NCBI GenBank assembly: GCA_963698975.1
Contig: CAVOSV010000001.1
Coordinates: 858,856 to 922,855 of the forward strand
Direction of reading: 5' to 3'
Source: an uncultured Gemmatimonadales bacterium
Lineage (GTDB): Bacteria > Gemmatimonadota > Gemmatimonadetes > Gemmatimonadales > GWC2-71-9
DNA length: 64,000 bases
The notes below the pieces were generated by a model that was not told the DNA's origin, searched no databases, and was given only the letters and a program-made list of their open reading frames with translations. Position 1 is the stretch's first letter. Each line of letters starts with the position of its first letter. Below are positions 61,640 to 64,000 of the stretch, piece by piece. A program made the translations under genes and the position numbers.

Positions 61640-62956
61640 ATGACCAGCAGCCAACCCGAAGCCTTACCACCGCCATCTGCATCCGGTGCCGGCCAGGCCG
61701 TCATGGGAGCCCGGCTCGAGCAGCTGGTGCTCGCGACCTCGGCGTTGACCACGGAGGTGTTGCTGGAGCGGGTGCTGGAGCGGGTGGTCGAGGTGGCCGC
61801 GCAGGTGATCGGGGCACACTATGCGGCAATAGGGGTTCTCGCCCCGGACGGGCGGCTGCTCGAGAGCTTCACCACCCATGGCGTCAGCGATGAGCAGCGG
61901 GCGCTGATCGGACCGCCGCCACGGGGGCACGGTATCCTGGGACTCGTGATCCGTGAAGCCCGCCCCATCCGGCTGCCCGATCTTACCCAGCATCCCGACT
62001 CCTACGGCTTTCCGGCCCACCACCCGCCGATGCACTCGTTCCTCGGAGTTCCTATCATCGGAAAGAGAGGGGTGTTCGGGAATCTGTATCTGACGGAGAA
62101 GTTTGACGGCGAGCTCTTCGGCGCTGACGACGAACACATCGCCGTGCTGTTGGCCGCCAACACGGCGGCGGCAGTGGAGAACGCCCGGTTACACGAGGAG
62201 AGCGCCCGGCTGCTCGAGGAAGTCCAACAGTTGCATCGGGCGCGGGAGCGGTTCTTCGCCATGGTGAACCATGAGCTGCGGAACTCGCTGGCCGCGGTGT
62301 ACGGCTGGGCGGAGATGATGGTTCGGAAGAAGGACCCCGCCACCGTGCCGCGGGCAGCATTCGAGGTTTTCGACTCGGCCCAGCAGGCGGTCGGGTTGAT
62401 CAACGACCTGCTCGACTTGAGCCGGCTGGACGAGGATCGGCTCCAGCCGGTCATCCGGGCCACCGAGCCCAGCTCGATGGCCCGGCGGGCCATGGCGCGG
62501 GTCACCCCCGCAGCGGAGGCCAAGCGAGTTCTCCTCCAGATAGACGTGGAGCCCAGCCTGCCCAGTTGCGAGACCGACGCGAGCCGAGTGGAGCAGATCC
62601 TGATCAATCTGCTGGGGAACGCCATACAGCACACCCCGGAGGGGAGCACCGTCCGGCTGTATGTCTCCGCGAGGGAGTCACGGGTGGCCTACACCGTGGA
62701 GGACTCGGGCGGCGGAATACCGGAAAGTGAGCTGGAGCGTATCTTCGACATCTATGTCACCAAGGGCGGGGGCGAGAGTCGGGGGACCGGCCTGGGGCTG
62801 CCGCTATCGCGCCGTCTCGCCCGGCTTCTGGGTGGAGAGCTCCGCGCCTTCGCCCGGCCGGGCCAGGGAGGTTACTTCGTGCTGGAGCTGCCGGCCTCTC
62901 AGGAGATGAAGGAATCTTCAGAGATCCTTCCCTCCGCGTTCACCCGTCATTCCTAG
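61640..62956 (+). CDS. Cytoplasmic histidine kinase with DosS/DosT-like GAF domain
   Basis: GHGILGLVI...HPDSYGFPAHHPPMHSFLGVPI...FGNLYLTEK; VNHELRNSL H-box, NLLGNA, GTGLGL. Confidence 0.9.
   Translation: MTSSQPEALPPPSASGAGQAVMGARLEQLVLATSALTTEVLLERVLERVVEVAAQVIGAHYAAIGVLAPDGRLLESFTTHGVSDEQRALIGPPPRGHGILGLVIREARPIRLPDLTQHPDSYGFPAHHPPMHSFLGVPIIGKRGVFGNLYLTEKFDGELFGADDEHIAVLLAANTAAAVENARLHEESARLLEEVQQLHRARERFFAMVNHELRNSLAAVYGWAEMMVRKKDPATVPRAAFEVFDSAQQAVGLINDLLDLSRLDEDRLQPVIRATEPSSMARRAMARVTPAAEAKRVLLQIDVEPSLPSCETDASRVEQILINLLGNAIQHTPEGSTVRLYVSARESRVAYTVEDSGGGIPESELERIFDIYVTKGGGESRGTGLGLPLSRRLARLLGGELRAFARPGQGGYFVLELPASQEMKESSEILPSAFTRHS
62907..62920. promoter_or_regulatory. Palindrome TGAAG-N4-CTTCA upstream of the response regulator
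   Basis: tgaag-gaat-cttca; the same motif recurs at 63658. Confidence 0.4.
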
Positions 62957-62965
62957 ATTCGGGTC

Positions 62966-63649
62966 ATGAAGATTCTGGTGGTGGAAGACGACCGGAAGGT
63001 CGCCGGCTTCATTGAGCAGGGATTGAAGGAAGAGGGTCATGTGGTCGACGTCGCGCCGGACGGCGAGGAGGCCACCATCCTGGCGCACGTCTACGACTAC
63101 GACATCATTCTGCTCGATGTCGTCCTTCCCAAGAAGAACGGCTTCCAGGTTGCCACCGAGCTGCGGCGCGAGGGCCGGACTACCCCGATTTTGATGCTGA
63201 CGTCGAGAGATGCTACCGAAGATGTAGTGCGGGGCCTCGACGCCGGCGCAGATGACTACCTGGCAAAGCCATTCCCGTTTGACGAGCTGCTCGCCCGGAT
63301 TCGCGCCCTGCACCGCCGGGGCGGCTCGGAGCGGCTGGATGTGCTTCGGTATCCTCCGGTTTCGCTCGACCGTCTCCGCCACGTCGCCACGGTGAACGAC
63401 AAACACCTGGACCTGACTCCCAAGGAGTTCCAGCTGCTGGAGTACTTCATGCTCCACCCGGAAGAGGTCGTTCGGCGAACCACGCTCCTGGAGAAGGTCT
63501 GGGATATGCATTTCGACCCGGAGAGCAACGTGGTGGACGTGCACGTGGGCAATCTGCGTCGGAAGTTGAGTGAGGCGGCCGGAAAGCAGCTCCTGGCCAC
63601 CATTCGCGGGGTGGGCTTCAGCCTGCGCCGCAACGGCGATGTCGCATAA
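62966..63649 (+). CDS. OmpR/PhoB family response regulator (CusR/CzcR-like)
   Basis: MKILVVEDD, LLDVVLP, GLDAGADDYLAKPF, LTPKEFQLL, SNVVDVHVGNLRRKL, TIRGVGF. Confidence 0.95.
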   Translation: MKILVVEDDRKVAGFIEQGLKEEGHVVDVAPDGEEATILAHVYDYDIILLDVVLPKKNGFQVATELRREGRTTPILMLTSRDATEDVVRGLDAGADDYLAKPFPFDELLARIRALHRRGGSERLDVLRYPPVSLDRLRHVATVNDKHLDLTPKEFQLLEYFMLHPEEVVRRTTLLEKVWDMHFDPESNVVDVHVGNLRRKLSEAAGKQLLATIRGVGFSLRRNGDVA

Positions 63650-63657
63650 CTCCCTCC

Positions 63658-63671
63658 TGAAGAAAGCTTCA
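63658..63671. promoter_or_regulatory. Palindrome TGAAG-N4-CTTCA upstream of the Tat-lipoprotein gene
   Basis: tgaag-aaag-cttca. Confidence 0.45.
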
Positions 63672-63753
63672 CACTTTTTCCACCTCGAGTTTAATCTCCG
63701 CCTCCTAGGTTCTTCCTGTCGTTCGTAGTTGTTCCTCTTCTCCAGGAGGTTTT

Positions 63754-64000
63754 GTGGGCTCAAATCTGGTCTCGACTCCGGCGAACTCGCGCCGGGAGTT
63801 TCTCAGGCGGGGGACGACCGTCGCCATTGGTTTGCCCGCAGTGCTCTCGACCCTGGGTGCCTGCAGCGACAAGGCGGCCGAGGCAGCGCAGCCGACCACG
63901 CCTGCAGCGCCGGTGGCCGTACCGTCCGCGCAGCAACGGGCTGACGAAATGGACGCCATGCACGAGAAAGGCGTGAAGGCATTCCCGGCCAAGACGGAGG
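63754..64000 (+). CDS. Tat-exported lipoprotein, 5' part only (possibly a multicopper oxidase)
   Basis: Missing from the ORF track because it has no stop in the window. AGGAGG RBS; MGSNLVSTPANSRREFLRR...LGAC...EMDAMHEKGVKAFPAKTE. Confidence 0.75.
   Translation, partial: MGSNLVSTPANSRREFLRRGTTVAIGLPAVLSTLGACSDKAAEAAQPTTPAAPVAVPSAQQRADEMDAMHEKGVKAFPAKTE

Overview
High-GC bacterial chromosomal window. Gene content suggests Gemmatimonadota (Gemmatimonadales-like); this is an inference from the Big_2 Ser/Thr kinase, Ig-like lipoproteins, Oar-type TonB receptor and many AHDFNN hybrid kinases. Many genes, mostly in 1-30 kb, carry single-base frameshifts best explained by long-read indel errors. In order, the window holds a GNAT, two paralogous Asp-Ser/Thr-repeat lipoproteins, an hppD-hmgA-acetoacetate-CoA ligase operon, four hybrid histidine kinases plus a CheB/CheR methyl-accepting coiled-coil cluster without chemoreceptors, and an ECF sigma/ZAS anti-sigma pair. 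Next come a TonB receptor, RecQ, a nucleotidyltransferase with a TIM-barrel protein, an SRPBCC + Zn-dehydrogenase operon behind a structured leader, Ig-like/OMP/kinase genes and a Fur-boxed siderophore receptor. The right half has an 8-gene operon in which every product appears exported (three outer-membrane channels, glutaminase, lipoprotein aspartase, asparaginase, amidohydrolase, PHM-like copper monooxygenase), then a GT-C glycosyltransferase, nitronate monooxygenase, GH36 and a nirK/USP/DosS-like-GAF two-component locus. I saw no rRNA, tRNA, CRISPR or transposase. Top candidates for new biology: (1) the fully extracytoplasmic ammonia-releasing operon, (2) a Bacteroidota-like D-(S/T) O-glycosylation signature in exported proteins, (3) the DosS-like heme sensor/nirK/heme-copper-unit module.
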